Positions 11,719 through 21,128 of a stretch of 64,000 nt of DNA are shown here, piece by piece; position 1 is the first letter of the stretch, and each line of letters opens with the position of its first letter. This DNA comes from Candidatus Marinacidobacterales bacterium (GTDB lineage Bacteria; Acidobacteriota; Vicinamibacteria; Marinacidobacterales; DATDRI01): positions 4,160,001 to 4,224,000 of the forward strand of contig OZ245365.1 in NCBI GenBank assembly GCA_965226495.1. The letters run 5' to 3'. A program made the translations under genes and the position numbers. The notes below the pieces were generated by a model that was given only the letters and a program-made list of their open reading frames with translations, was not told the origin of the DNA and did not search any database.

Positions 11719-12744
11719 GTGCTCAAAAGACTCACTGCCCGACTGCCTGGCTGCTCCCGAGTTACAATAGTAACAGTGATGCTTTTCGCAAGCCCTTGGA
11801 GCGCACACGTCATAGGGCTGGTGGCCTTTGGGACCCTCCTCAGCGGCCCGCCTAGTTACTCGACCCCGACAAGAGCAACAACGTCAGCTCCCGCCGCCCG
11901 ATGGCAAGAAACGACGCATCGCTTCTCGGTGGACGTCAACGCCGTAACCTTGGACGTTGTGGTGACCGACCAAAAGGGTCGCTTCGTTAAGGACCTGAAG
12001 CGGGAAGATTTCGCGATTCTAGAAGAGGGTGTTCCGCAGGAGTTGACTTACTTCACCTCCGGCAACACTCCGATCACTGTACTGCTTCTCTTAGATAGCT
12101 CAGCCAGCGTGCGCTCACACCAAAAGGAAGTCCAAAAGGACGCCAATCGGTTCATCAACAAGCTGCAAAAGGGAGACCAGGCTCGAGTCGGCTTCTTCCA
12201 CAACACGGTCGTGTTCGGTCCACGGTTCACGGACGACATGGACGAGCACATCGCCATGATCAACCGCATGCGGCCGCAACGTAGCACTCATCTTTACGAC
12301 GCCCTCTTGAGCGCCCTCCAAGAGCTCGCCGCCTTGCCAGATCGCAAGGCTCTGCTCGTGTTCACCGATGGCGCCGATGAAGGCAGCAAGGCAACCCGGG
12401 AGGATGCGCTCGAAGCGGCGCGGCGATCCCTAGCATCGGTTTACTCGGTCGGCCTCGTGGGGTGGAACCTCGAGGACGGCATGAACACTAACCAAAAGCT
12501 GCTCACTCAGGTAGCCGAGTACACCGGGGGCCGCGCCTTCTTTCCGCAAAAGGAAAAGGAGATGCGGCAGGCCTTCGATCGAATCCGGGACGAATTGCAC
12601 CGAACCTACCGCATGGCGTACTTCCCCCAAGAAAGCCACGGCGACGACGCCTGGCGCTCAATCGAAGTCCGACTCGCTAAGCGCAAAAATCTCGTCGTGC
12701 GGACCCGCCTGGGCTACTACAGTTATTCTGGCAACACACAGTAG
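11719..12744 (+). CDS. Exported VWA domain protein (Acidobacteria-type)
   Basis: FSVDVNAVTLDVVVTD, MIDAS-like DSSAS, FTDG, TGGRAF, VRTRLGYY; true start may be 11776/11779. Confidence 0.85.
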   Translation: MLKRLTARLPGCSRVTIVTVMLFASPWSAHVIGLVAFGTLLSGPPSYSTPTRATTSAPAARWQETTHRFSVDVNAVTLDVVVTDQKGRFVKDLKREDFAILEEGVPQELTYFTSGNTPITVLLLLDSSASVRSHQKEVQKDANRFINKLQKGDQARVGFFHNTVVFGPRFTDDMDEHIAMINRMRPQRSTHLYDALLSALQELAALPDRKALLVFTDGADEGSKATREDALEAARRSLASVYSVGLVGWNLEDGMNTNQKLLTQVAEYTGGRAFFPQKEKEMRQAFDRIRDELHRTYRMAYFPQESHGDDAWRSIEVRLAKRKNLVVRTRLGYYSYSGNTQ

Positions 12745-13509
12745 ATGATGAACCCGACTCGCCTCGCACTACTTTTCGTCATACTCTCCGCCTTTACACA
12801 GGATCCGGATCGGCAGCTCCGCGACTGGTCGGCCTCGGGACAAACGGAAGCGGTCCGCAAACTCTTGGCCGAGAGCGAAACGGTAGATGTCAGCTACCGC
12901 GATGACATGGGTTGGACTCCTTTGATGTACGCGGCCGAGGCTGGTCACACTGAGATCGTCGCATTGCTCATCCAAGCCGGCGCCAACGTCCACTCCGAGA
13001 ACAACCACGGCGAAACTGCCCTTCATCTCGCGGCAGAAAAGGGTCGTACGAACGTGACGCGGATTCTTTTGAAGGCGGATGCCGATTTCGAGGCTCAGGA
13101 TGGCAGCGGTCGAACGCCGCTATACCGCGCGTTCGAGAATCGTCACGGGGACATTACCGAGCTTCTGCAGGAAGCCGCTCTGAAGGAGGCCGACCGGAAG
13201 GCTTCGGTCGAGACGGGGCGCGTAACGCAGGGCACGCACCCTCCGAAGCTCATCGAGTCGGTCTCGGCCGAGTACACGAACATCGGTTTGAAGCGGGGTA
13301 TCGAAGGAACTGTCGTCCTCATGATCCTCGTCCGCCGGGATGGATCGGTCGGGCCGGTGGGCGTCTCGGAAGGCATCGAAGAGAGCCTCGACGAAAGCGC
13401 GCGGAGAGCCGTCAGGAAATGGAAGTTCGCGCCCGCGACGCGAGCTGGGAGCCCCGTGGAAGTCATCATGGAAGTAAAGATAGACTTCAAACTTCCAACG
13501 GAGCCGTAA
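12745..13509 (+). CDS. Ankyrin repeat plus TonB C-terminal domain protein
   Basis: GWTPLMYAA, GETALHLAA, GRTPLYRA; C-terminal GIEGTVVL..RDGSV..AVRKWKFAPA. Confidence 0.85.
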   Translation: MMNPTRLALLFVILSAFTQDPDRQLRDWSASGQTEAVRKLLAESETVDVSYRDDMGWTPLMYAAEAGHTEIVALLIQAGANVHSENNHGETALHLAAEKGRTNVTRILLKADADFEAQDGSGRTPLYRAFENRHGDITELLQEAALKEADRKASVETGRVTQGTHPPKLIESVSAEYTNIGLKRGIEGTVVLMILVRRDGSVGPVGVSEGIEESLDESARRAVRKWKFAPATRAGSPVEVIMEVKIDFKLPTEP

Positions 13510-13538
13510 GCCCGGTTAACAGAAGGGCGAGGTTTTTT

Positions 13539-14720
13539 TCAGTTCTTGACCGGAGCGGTGGTGGTGAGCGTATCCAGCTTCGCGCGTGCTGACAAGTAGT
13601 TGGGATCGACTTCGAGGGTAGCGCGGAACTCTTGGATGGCCTTCTCTTTGTTCCCTTGTTTCAAATAGCACTGGCCCAGATAGTATCGAGCATCGGCGAG
13701 CTCCGGCTCTTTGGAAATAGCCTTCTTGAACTGCCGGATCGCTTGGTCGTACTGCTCGAGTCGGTAGTGAGCCACGCCCAAGTGGTGAAAGAAATACGCG
13801 TTCGACCCGGAGTTTTTGGTAGCGAGTTGGAACTCCTTCATCGCTTCCTCCTCCCGACCCTGCCTAAGGTAGGCCGCCCCAAGATTGGAATACGCGTCGG
13901 CGAAATCCGGGTCGTCCTCGATCGCCTGCTTGTACTGCTCGATCGCTTCGTCGATGTGACCGCGACGCCTTAGAGCCACGCCCAGGTTATTGCGAGCACG
14001 CACGAACGTCGGCATGATCTCTAGCGCGAGCTCATACATATCCAGCTCTTTCTCCAGAGGATCGAAACCGAGATCCTTCCCTTCTGTCTCAGTGAAGTAA
14101 CCGTAGAGGAAGCCTTGGTTGTTGTAGAAGTTCGCGATCGCCTCCAGGTCATCGATGACGTTGTATCCAATGTATTCTCGCTCGGGCGTGCGCGTGAAAT
14201 CGATAATGGCGACCTTGGTCCCTTTTCGGTACCCGGCCGTGATGTGCCCATTGTTGACAATGACCTCCGCCTCTCTCGACACGCGCTCGATCATCGTGAC
14301 GTCGACGTAGACCGCCTCCACCCCTACCTCTCGGGCCATGCCTACGAAGAGATTCGAATACGCAAGGCAATTCCCGCGGCCCTCCCGGAATACTTCCTTC
14401 GCGGTCTTGTTGGAAAGCCAGTCGTATGAGATGGAAAGGCCGGTCAGATCGATAATCTTGTTGACGATCGCGTGCACTTTCGCGCTGTCACTCGTTGCGC
14501 TGTGGGTGATGTCATGGGCGACCTGGCGGATCTCGTCATCGATCTCGAAAGGGATAACGACCTGCTCTCGCATTTGAGTGGAGACGCGATCGTCATACGC
14601 CGCGGTGACCTCGTCGGGCGTGTAGATCTTCTTCTCCGCCGAGACGCAAGCGTTCAACAGGAGAGTTGGAAGGCTAGCCAACAAAAGTAGCCGAACGTGG
14701 GTGCAGAGCATCGGTGTCAC
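13539..14720 (-). CDS. Transglutaminase-like/TPR lipoprotein
   Basis: Lipobox LNAC; GNCLAYS, GHI, IDF candidate triad; TPR repeats. Confidence 0.8.
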   Translation of the reverse strand: MTPMLCTHVRLLLLASLPTLLLNACVSAEKKIYTPDEVTAAYDDRVSTQMREQVVIPFEIDDEIRQVAHDITHSATSDSAKVHAIVNKIIDLTGLSISYDWLSNKTAKEVFREGRGNCLAYSNLFVGMAREVGVEAVYVDVTMIERVSREAEVIVNNGHITAGYRKGTKVAIIDFTRTPEREYIGYNVIDDLEAIANFYNNQGFLYGYFTETEGKDLGFDPLEKELDMYELALEIMPTFVRARNNLGVALRRRGHIDEAIEQYKQAIEDDPDFADAYSNLGAAYLRQGREEEAMKEFQLATKNSGSNAYFFHHLGVAHYRLEQYDQAIRQFKKAISKEPELADARYYLGQCYLKQGNKEKAIQEFRATLEVDPNYLSARAKLDTLTTTAPVKN

Positions 14721-14824
14721 CGACAGAAGCCATTATAGCACGGACCTTTCGCCGCAAGCGGTAGCCGACCCACGAACAACCGAGCGCGGCGCCAGCCCCT
14801 GAAGAGTGCTATATTTGGCGGTTC

Positions 14825-16051
14825 ATGTCTCCTGGGAACAGTCTCTTTTCGGCCCGGTTCTTCGTCATTTGCTCTTTCAATTTTACAGTTTTCCTGTCCG
14901 GTTTCATGCTGTTCCCTACCGGCCCATTTCATATTCTCGACTTAGGGGGCAATAAGTTCACGGCCGGGCTCTTCTTGGCCTTTCTGACCTACGCCTCCGC
15001 ATTTTCGGCTCCCTTCACGGGCGCATTGGCCGACCGAGTCGGCAAACGCCGCGTCCTGATCGTGGCCAGCCTGACTCTGGTGGTCATCTCCGGCTTATAC
15101 GCGGTGAGCCCGACCTATACCATCTTGTTGTCGTTGGTTCCCATTCACGGGTTTTTCTGGTCAGGCCTCCTCGCCGCCTCAGGCGCCTATCTCGTAGACC
15201 AAATCCCCGCCTCCCGTCGCGCCGAAGGACTGGCGTTTTGGGGGCTCGCGACGGTAGCCGCGATCGCCGTCGCACCGCCCCTCGCCTTTTGGCTCTACGA
15301 TTCCGGCGGCTGGCTGTGGGTTTGCATTGCGTCGGCGGTGTTCAACGTCGCCATGGCGGGGATTGCCCTCAACCTAAAGGACGGACCGCACCCAAGTGCG
15401 CCAGGTGAGCCAAGTGAGAAAGCCCGCTTGGAAACGACTTTCGTCGAATGGCGCATTGTCGGAGTTTCTCTAACTCTCTTCCTCTTCAGCTTCGGCTACG
15501 GCGGAATCACGAGCTTCGTGGCCCTTTACGCGCAGGAAAGCGGCACCGTTCCCAAGAGCCTTTACTTCACGGTGCTCGCTATCGTCATCTTGGTCACTCG
15601 CCCACTCCTCGGGCTCTTGGCCGACCGCATCGGACATAAGAGAGTCTTCATTCCCTGTCTTGTGTCCATGGCGGTGGGGCTAGCTCTCCTGGTACCGGGC
15701 GGAACACGTCCTTGGCTTGTGAGCTCTGCGATCTTCTTCGGCATCGGTTTGGGTTCGGCGCTTCCCGTCTACACCGCTTTCATCATGCAACGTGTATCCA
15801 CAGCTCGGCGGGGAGCGGCGTTCGGCGGCATGTTGGCAGCCTTCGACACCGGCATCGGTACCGGCTCAATGACGCTGGGGTATGTCATCGAGGCGACCAA
15901 CTATGGAGTCGCGTTCGGTATCGCGGCCATACTTGCGACGCTGTCGCTTCCCTACTTCATCGTGTCGGAGCGAAGGTTTCTAAGAGAACCAAGAAAGAAG
16001 AAAGAAGAGCCCGGTTATACTACGGTCGAGCCGAAAGGAGAGATCCCATGA
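14825..16051 (+). CDS. MFS transporter
   Basis: GALADRVGKRR and GLLADRIGHKR motif A, multiple TM segments. Confidence 0.9.
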   Translation: MSPGNSLFSARFFVICSFNFTVFLSGFMLFPTGPFHILDLGGNKFTAGLFLAFLTYASAFSAPFTGALADRVGKRRVLIVASLTLVVISGLYAVSPTYTILLSLVPIHGFFWSGLLAASGAYLVDQIPASRRAEGLAFWGLATVAAIAVAPPLAFWLYDSGGWLWVCIASAVFNVAMAGIALNLKDGPHPSAPGEPSEKARLETTFVEWRIVGVSLTLFLFSFGYGGITSFVALYAQESGTVPKSLYFTVLAIVILVTRPLLGLLADRIGHKRVFIPCLVSMAVGLALLVPGGTRPWLVSSAIFFGIGLGSALPVYTAFIMQRVSTARRGAAFGGMLAAFDTGIGTGSMTLGYVIEATNYGVAFGIAAILATLSLPYFIVSERRFLREPRKKKEEPGYTTVEPKGEIP

Positions 16052-17277
16052 CCTCCCTGGACCGCCGCAGTTTCCTCAAAACCACCACCGCCGGATTGGC
16101 CTCATTGGCAGCTGCCCGCGGCGAGGCGCGACCGGCCAACTCGGCCAACTCGTCCAATGATGACCCCCTCGGAGTACGCGCGGAGTTCCCGATCACCAAG
16201 GCCCAGGCCTATCTCAATACCGCTTCTTCGGGTCCCTTTCCCCGTGCGGTGAAAGAGGCAGCCTTGGCGTTCGTGGAGGAAAAAACCCTACGGCCGACCC
16301 CCGGTAGCCGCCATGAAACCCGAGCAAGAGCCCGAGCCAAGTTCGCCAAGCTCTTCGGCGCCAAAGAGGAAGAAGTGGCCTTCCTCTATTCCACAAGCGA
16401 CGGGGAAAATCTGGTAGCCCGCGGCCTCGACCTGCAGGCAGGCGATAACGTCGTGATCGACGAGCTTCATTTCATCACCAGCTTCGTACTCTTTCGCCAG
16501 CTCCAGAAGGAAAAAGGAATCGAGCTACGCGTGGTGCCACAAAGGAAAGGGCGTTCCGAGATCGAAGACTTCGAGGCGCGCATCGATCGACGCACGCGAC
16601 TCGTTTCCGTGGCGTGGGTCTCGAACCGCAACGGCTATCGACACAACATCCGCGCCCTCGCCGACCTCGCTCACGCCCACGACGCGTTGCTGTATGCCGA
16701 TGCTATCCAAGCGTTCGGCACTTTTCCGATGCGACTGCGCCAAGAAGGCGTGGATTTCGCGACCGGCAATTCGTACAAGTGGATCTACGCCGGCTATGGA
16801 GTCGCACCCTTTTTCATCCGCGAAGAGCATCTCGACCGCATCCGACCGGATCGCTACGGTCATGCCCAAGTGGCGGAGTCACTCCCCGACTATCAATACC
16901 GACTGCAGAAGACGGCTCAGAAGTTCGAGTACGCGAACCCGGCCTACGGTCCCCTGTATCAGCTCGATGCCGCCCTTTCTTTACTCGAGGAAGTTGGGCT
17001 CGACCGCATCGAAGCCCACGGCGTGGCGCTGGCCTCCGAGCTTCGCGCGGGAGTGAACAAGCTCGGATTCGAGGTATGGACCCCCCCGAACAACGCCTCG
17101 CCGATCGTAACGTTCCCACACGGACAAAAACCCGCGGCCTTGCGGCGTCTTCTGGAAAAGGAGGCGGTGGTCGTCACGCTTCCCGAGAAGGAAACACACA
17201 TACGAGCCGCGATGGGCATGTTCAACAACCAGAGCGACATCAATCGACTCTTGAAGGTTCTCGAGAGAATCGCTTAG
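16048..17277 (+). CDS. Tat-exported class V aminotransferase-fold PLP enzyme
   Basis: ATG 16048 after AAGGAG; DRRSFLK twin-arginine; YLNTASSGP, DAIQAFG, SYKW. Confidence 0.88.
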   Translation: MTSLDRRSFLKTTTAGLASLAAARGEARPANSANSSNDDPLGVRAEFPITKAQAYLNTASSGPFPRAVKEAALAFVEEKTLRPTPGSRHETRARARAKFAKLFGAKEEEVAFLYSTSDGENLVARGLDLQAGDNVVIDELHFITSFVLFRQLQKEKGIELRVVPQRKGRSEIEDFEARIDRRTRLVSVAWVSNRNGYRHNIRALADLAHAHDALLYADAIQAFGTFPMRLRQEGVDFATGNSYKWIYAGYGVAPFFIREEHLDRIRPDRYGHAQVAESLPDYQYRLQKTAQKFEYANPAYGPLYQLDAALSLLEEVGLDRIEAHGVALASELRAGVNKLGFEVWTPPNNASPIVTFPHGQKPAALRRLLEKEAVVVTLPEKETHIRAAMGMFNNQSDINRLLKVLERIA

Positions 17278-17298
17278 TAATCAAAGGAGGGTACTCAC

Positions 17299-17760
17299 AT
17301 GAAACCATGGTCTTTCAAACAACTCGCCATTGGAGCGGCGCTGGGCGGATTGCTCACCGTATCCGCTGGGTTCCAGAAGTCTGAGGCGCCGCGGTACATC
17401 ACCTTGCCCGAGCGCACCGATGATCGGCCTTACAGCAATGCCGTGCTCGTGGGCGACACGCTCTATCTTTCGGGAGCGATAGGGATCGATCCGAAGACCG
17501 GCAAACCGCCGGCGGACGTCAAAGAGGAAGTCAAGATCGTCATGGATAGCATGAAGCGGCGGCTCGAAATGGTGGGAATGACGATGGACGATCTGGTAAG
17601 CGTCCAGGTCTTTTGCCCCAACCTCGAGCTCTACGACGAGTTCAATGCCGTCTACCGAACGTACTTCAAAGAGCACTTCCCGGCCCGGGGATTCATCGGC
17701 TCCGGTCCCCTCTTGGCCGAAAGCAATTTCGAAGTCATGGGGATCGCCGTCAAGCGCTAG
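17299..17760 (+). CDS. RidA/YjgF family protein with signal peptide
   Basis: PYSNAVLVGDTLYLSG, FNAVY..YF..FPAR; hydrophobic N-terminal extension. Confidence 0.9.
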   Translation: MKPWSFKQLAIGAALGGLLTVSAGFQKSEAPRYITLPERTDDRPYSNAVLVGDTLYLSGAIGIDPKTGKPPADVKEEVKIVMDSMKRRLEMVGMTMDDLVSVQVFCPNLELYDEFNAVYRTYFKEHFPARGFIGSGPLLAESNFEVMGIAVKR

Positions 17761-17819
17761 GACGCACTCGACTACTCCTTCGGTCCGGCCACTTCGTCGA
17801 GGAAGGGCGCGAGCGCCAA

Positions 17820-18210
17820 GGGCGAGGTCCACTATCCTTGGACCGACGACGTCATCGTGCGCTACGCGTCGTCGCTCGATCTCCCCTTCTCCCCTTTGGG
17901 GAGAAGGATGGGATGAGGGGCTATTCCTCGTCCATGGGAGAGTAAGTGTTAGAAGCAGGAACACGACTCGGCTCGTACGAAATCGTCGCGAGCATTGGCG
18001 CGGGCGGCATGGGCGAGGTCCACTATCCTTCGACCGACGACGTCATCGTGCGCACCGCGTCGTCGCTCGATCTCCCCTTCTCCCCTTTGGGGAGAAGGAT
18101 GGGTTGAGGGGCTATTCCTCGCCCATGGAAAGTAAATGTTAGAAGCAGGAACACGACTCGGCTCGTACGAAATCGTCGCGAGCATTGGCGCGGGCGGCAT
18201 GGGCGAGGTC
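17820..18210 (+). repeat. ~190-bp tandem duplication containing a REP hairpin and the kinase 5' end
   Basis: GGGCGAGGTC at 17820, 18011, 18201; the two units are near-identical. Confidence 0.92.
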
Positions 18211-20517
18211 TATCGAGCGAAAGATCTCAAGCTCGGGCGTGACGTCGCGATTAAAGTATTGCCGAAGGAATTCGCTTCAGACCCCGAACGCCTTAGGCGA
18301 TTCGAGCAGGAAGCGAGAGCCGCCTCGGCTCTCAACCATCCCAACATCATTACTATCCACGACATAGGCGAGCAAGACGGCACGCACTACATTGCGATGG
18401 AGCTGGTGGAGGGGAAGACGCTACGTCAAGTACTCGAAGACGGTCCGGTCCCCACCACCAAAATGCTCGACTTCGCGAGCCAAGTCGGGCAGGGCCTCGC
18501 GAAGGCTCATGCCGCAGGCATCGTCCATCGTGATTTGAAGCCCGATAACCTGATGGTGACCAACGACGGCTTCGTGAAGATCCTCGATTTCGGGTTGGTC
18601 AAATTGTCGTCCCAACCCTCGAATCCCGACTCGCAAATGGCAACGATGAGCAAGATGCGAACCCAAGAGGGTGTCATCCTCGGTACCGTGCAATACATGT
18701 CCCCGGAACAGGCCGTGGGCCGGACGGTCGATTTCCGCTCTGACCAGTTTTCTTTCGGATCGATTCTCTACGAGATCGCGACCGGCAAACGCGCCTTCGA
18801 GCGCGAGAGCTTCGCACAGACGTTGACCGCGATTATCGAGAACGACCCAGAACCCGCGACGGCACTCAACCCCAATCTCCCCAAGCACCTCGGCGTCATC
18901 TTGAAACGCTGTTTGGCTAAAGATCCGAGCGAGCGTTACGAATCCACGCACGAGCTGGCCAGCGAGGTTGGACTTGTGAGCGCGGAGGATGTCGGCTCCC
19001 GAACGAAGGGCCTGCGATGGACCGTGGCTGGGATATTGCTCGCAGGGCTTGCTGTCGTCGTCGGGCTCAACGTGGATGGACTCCGTGAACGGCTGCGCAG
19101 CATGCCGAGCAAGACGGCTCCGGCACCACAGATGATCGTTGTCCTCCCCTTCGAGAACCTCGGCCCATCCGAGGACGAGTACTTTGCGGCGGGCATGACC
19201 GACGAAATCACGAGCCGCCTCGGTGCGGTCAGTGGGCTCGGTATCATCTCGAGGAAGAGTGCACTACGCTACGCTGGCACCGAAAAGTCCATCGGCGAGA
19301 TCGGCGAGGAGCTGGGGGTCGGCTACATTCTCGTTGGAAGTGTGCGCTGGGCCAGCGGCGGAGACGGTCCTACCCGAGTACGAATCACGCCGGAGCTCAT
19401 CCGCGCCTCAGACGGCACGCAGCTTTGGTCCGAGCCCTACGATAGGGTCATAGAGGATATTTTCGAGGTGCAATCGGACATCGCCGGCCAGGTCATCCAG
19501 CGGCTGGGCGTAACGCTTCTCGACATAGAGCATGCCCCTCTCACCTCCCGACCGACCGAGAACCTGGAAGCTTACACTCTCTACCTAAAGGGGCGGCACT
19601 TCTGGAACAAAAGAACCGAGAAGGACATCCAGACCGCCCTCGACTATTTTCAACAAGCCGTTGATCTGGACCCTGGTTACGCGCTAGCTCACGTCGGAAT
19701 CGCCGACGTTTGGATCTTTCGCGGATGGTATAGCGTCCTGGCCCCGAAGGAGACTTTCCCGAAGGCCAAGGCGGCGGCGCTCAAAGCGTTGCAGTTCGAC
19801 GAGACGTCGGCAGAAGCGCACACGTCACTCGCCCATATACACTTCGAGTTCGATCACGACTGGGAGGCGGCAAGGAAAGAATACCAGCGCGCCATCGAGC
19901 TCAATCCGCGCTACCCCACCGCCCACCACTGGTATGGCGGCTTCTTGTCAGCCATGGGGCAGCATAAGGAAGGGCTGAGCCAAGCCGAGAAAGCGCGGGA
20001 GCTTGATCCGCTATCGCTGATTATTAATACGTGGATAGGCCTGCGTCACTACTTCGCGGGACGGTACGAGGTGGCCATTGAGGAATACAAGAAAGCGCTC
20101 GAATTGGGTTCCGCTTTCGCACCCGGGCACTGGCATTTGGGGTGGGCCTACGAGCAAGCGGGCCGCTATCCGGAGGCAATCGCGGAAGCGCAACGAGCAA
20201 TAGAATTATCGAACGGCAGCCCACTCTACATTGCCTCACTCGGCCACGCCTTTGCCAAGGCAGGGCATGAAGAGCAAGCGCGAACGGTTCTCGAGCAGCT
20301 GGAGCAGGAGTCTGCAACAAGACACGTGTCCGCGTACCACGTTGCGGTTATTCACGCGGCCCTAGGTGATACCGACGAGGCGTTCGATCGGCTAGAAGGA
20401 GCTTTCGAGGAGCGTTCCCCTTGGATCGGCTATATGAAGGTCGACCCTCGGGTCGACCCACTCAGGTCAGACCCGAGGTTCGATGACATACTTCTTAAAG
20501 CGCGTCTCGACTTTTGA
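18136..20517 (+). CDS. Ser/Thr protein kinase with TolB-like and TPR domains
   Basis: GAGGMGEVY, HRDLKPDN, DFG, YMSPEQ; hydrophobic segment; VLPFENL; TPRs. Confidence 0.95.
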   Translation: MLEAGTRLGSYEIVASIGAGGMGEVYRAKDLKLGRDVAIKVLPKEFASDPERLRRFEQEARAASALNHPNIITIHDIGEQDGTHYIAMELVEGKTLRQVLEDGPVPTTKMLDFASQVGQGLAKAHAAGIVHRDLKPDNLMVTNDGFVKILDFGLVKLSSQPSNPDSQMATMSKMRTQEGVILGTVQYMSPEQAVGRTVDFRSDQFSFGSILYEIATGKRAFERESFAQTLTAIIENDPEPATALNPNLPKHLGVILKRCLAKDPSERYESTHELASEVGLVSAEDVGSRTKGLRWTVAGILLAGLAVVVGLNVDGLRERLRSMPSKTAPAPQMIVVLPFENLGPSEDEYFAAGMTDEITSRLGAVSGLGIISRKSALRYAGTEKSIGEIGEELGVGYILVGSVRWASGGDGPTRVRITPELIRASDGTQLWSEPYDRVIEDIFEVQSDIAGQVIQRLGVTLLDIEHAPLTSRPTENLEAYTLYLKGRHFWNKRTEKDIQTALDYFQQAVDLDPGYALAHVGIADVWIFRGWYSVLAPKETFPKAKAAALKALQFDETSAEAHTSLAHIHFEFDHDWEAARKEYQRAIELNPRYPTAHHWYGGFLSAMGQHKEGLSQAEKARELDPLSLIINTWIGLRHYFAGRYEVAIEEYKKALELGSAFAPGHWHLGWAYEQAGRYPEAIAEAQRAIELSNGSPLYIASLGHAFAKAGHEEQARTVLEQLEQESATRHVSAYHVAVIHAALGDTDEAFDRLEGAFEERSPWIGYMKVDPRVDPLRSDPRFDDILLKARLDF

Positions 20518-20584
20518 CAACAGGAGCGCCGATGCGTGCGCCGGCTACTCCCCATCGGCGCGAATTTAGGCTGCCGCTCGCCTT

Positions 20585-20905
20585 CTAACTTCCCGGAGAC
20601 TTGTAGGAAACGGCCTTCTTGACCGCCTCGTCCATGTCTTGTGGCGTCATCAGGGCGGTGGTCTTCACCTTCACTGCGCCGGAGGCGTTTGTCGCCAGCG
20701 ACACCGCGGTGACGGTCGCGTGATCCGGTGCGTCGAGAACGAGATAGACATCGTCATCTCCGAGCGCAAAGTAGAACGACTCCACCTTGCCCCCAAGAGG
20801 CGCCAAAGCCTCTTCGACGGCTCGAACCCGCTTCGATCCGCCGTCCTTGATTAGCCCCTTCACACCCTCTGTGGTGTAGGACCCACGAATGAGGTACTTA
20901 GCCAT
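20585..20905 (-). CDS. GYD domain protein
   Basis: KYLIRGSYTTEG..GGKVESFYFALGDDD; AGGAGG RBS. Confidence 0.85.
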   Translation of the reverse strand: MAKYLIRGSYTTEGVKGLIKDGGSKRVRAVEEALAPLGGKVESFYFALGDDDVYLVLDAPDHATVTAVSLATNASGAVKVKTTALMTPQDMDEAVKKAVSYKSPGS

Positions 20906-21051
20906 GACTCCTCCTTCCGAGAGATTGGGACTCTCCGATCATCAGGAGTCGGACCCGCGAAGATGGAAGTAGTTAGGAGGCCCCGGGTTCGCCCTTTGGG
21001 TGCCCCGGAGGAAATTTTCCCTGCAGGAACACATGCCCAAGGGGTAACGGC

Positions 21052-21080
21052 AGCATAGGAGTAGGCCTCCGCGGAGTCAA
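21052..21080 (-). promoter_or_regulatory. Sigma70-type promoter of the GYD gene
   Basis: TTGACT-17 nt-TATGCT. Confidence 0.6.
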
Positions 21081-21128
21081 GTGCTCAGGTTGGCGGCTGG
21101 AACCGTTTCTAGCGTGCGAGGCCGAGTG

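Noticed and set aside
17820-18210. Diversity-generating retroelement template/variable repeat pair
   Set aside because: No reverse transcriptase; differences are not adenine-specific; the coding overlap is invariant after the start codon
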